From Mytilus trossulus (taxonomy: Eukaryota): a DNA stretch of 64,000 bases. The stretch spans positions 69,998,001-70,062,000 of the forward strand of contig NC_086378.1 in NCBI RefSeq assembly GCF_036588685.1, read 5' to 3'. The notes under the pieces are model-generated. The model searched no databases. It saw nothing but the letters and a program-made list of their open reading frames with translations, and was not told the origin of the DNA. This document shows, piece after piece, positions 62,557 through 64,000 of the stretch. The position numbers and the translations under genes are program-made. How positions within the stretch are numbered: the first letter of the stretch is position 1; each line of letters starts with the position of its first letter.

Positions 62557-63535
62557 TTTTATTACATTGGCAAATGGCTTTATTTACAGAAATTAATGCA
62601 AATCCTGTAAGGAACTATATCTTTTTTCTATGCATTCACAATTTGTTTTCATCCGCGTTATCGACGTCTTGACAACGCCTATTGTTGTATGACGTCGGGG
62701 AGTAAAATAACCACGTTTATTTCACATGTGAAATTATCGGTTTTTATTAAACTGGGAAATCAATGTAGTTGATTGCAACCAATGTTATAATTTATATTAA
62801 TACGTCTCTGCAGTACATTGTCAACATTACAATCGATTGAATCACGAAAACAACGTGTTCAAATCTAAGAATATATATTTTATATCTGATTCGTTCATAG
62901 TACTTGCATCTGCAAATCTTTTGGTATGTTAATTTAAAAACTCTTTTGTACGTGTATAGTATTTATTTGTTTACGTAACTAACAAATAGTTTTAAGAATA
63001 CTCACCAGCTGCCAGCAAGAAAAAAGAAAGAAAACCAAGGCAAAAAATTTACAAAATGTGTATGAACTCCATTCTGTTCTCAATTATAAATAACTGTCGT
63101 TCTTCGAGTACATAGTAATATGATGTAGCAGGAAATTAGTTCATGTACATTTTAAAGGTTACTTTTGTATATTCCGCATCTGTGTTATGATGGTGACAGG
63201 AACAGTAATCAGATAATTATTTACATTCTATTTTAGAAAATTTCCTGATTTCGAATTTTTGTTTTCATATTTGGTACAAATCATTTCCTTCTCCATTTTT
63301 TTTTAAGAAGATGAAATGATAAATAGTTAGACGATTTGTTTCATTTCGAATTCGATTAGAAATAAATATTACCTTATAGTACTTTAAATTTAAAAGATAT
63401 TTTTCTTTATCAATTTAGTACATGAAAACTACATTTGAGATAAATCAACAGACACACTTACACTCAATAATACCAATTAATGATCCTGACACACTTAGAA
63501 TAAACAAAACATATATATTTTTATATATATATATT

Positions 63536-64000
63536 TATATACAACTCGTCTAAACATCAACCCAACAATGTTAGATCTGTAAATTTGCTTTCGCAAATTT
63601 TTGGTTCTTCCCTCGCCGGGATTCGAACCCATGCTACTGTGATATCGTGACACCAAATTGCCTGCACTGCAGCCGTACCGCTAGACCACACGACCACCTG
63701 GGCTCTTAAAAAATAGAGCCTTCGCTGGCCGTGTGTTACCTTTCCACGTCAGTTTTAATCTAGCGGCGTACTGCAGTACATGATATATAAGGCATGAAGA
63801 TGTTATTGTTACAGATCAGCTAAATAATCTATAGTAAAGGATCCTACAAATTAATGTAAGATACAGTCACAGAAAATAATTATATTTATAAGTACGTCTG
63901 AGTCAGTGACAACCCTACAACAGATGTATCCATCGAATCGCCATCAATGATGGTGATACATGGCTGTGTACATAAAGTATATACAACTCGTCTAAACATC
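63536..64000 (-). repeat. 442-bp-period tandem repeat with a tRNA-derived Pol III head; a fragment also at ~16217-16365
   Basis: ACAACTCGTCTAAACATC at 63541 and 63983; on - A box TGGTCGTGTGG and B box GGTTCGAATCC. Confidence 0.7.

Noticed and set aside
1-64000. CRISPR array or prokaryotic defence system (RT + recombinase + hydrolase cluster)
   Set aside because: No repeat-spacer array. The cluster is bounded by Ngaro split direct repeats inside a spliceosomal intron of an animal gene.

Overview
AT-rich, intron-containing eukaryotic DNA, almost certainly from a Mytilus mussel. Host genes: two byssal adhesive-plaque genes in tandem on + (mfp-3 of the Gly/Tyr/Asn 'slow' type, 7682-10988; mfp-5, 18733-28857), each built as signal-peptide exon + microexon + mature-peptide exon. 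There is also a 5'-damaged multi-Ig type I membrane protein gene on - (31469-38880) and a complete secreted 3xTSP1 + gC1q gene on + (45435-50161). Intron 2 of mfp-5 holds a young 6.6-kb Ngaro-type tyrosine-recombinase retrotransposon (split direct repeats; gag, RT/RNase H, YR, SGNH hydrolase). Its 3' non-coding region carries an unexpected tRNA-Asp-like cloverleaf. The window is also rich in structured RNA motifs: many copies of a ~355-nt retrozyme with minimal hammerhead ribozymes, a Penelope-like element with a complete type I hammerhead, and a 442-bp tRNA-headed repeat with strand-specific nested hairpins. The rest is nested TEs (Gypsy remnant, Helitron/Helentron, Harbinger and TTAA MITEs, a LINE fragment, dispersed short repeats). 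All calls were read by eye. Comparisons to published proteins and tRNAs are from memory and need database confirmation.
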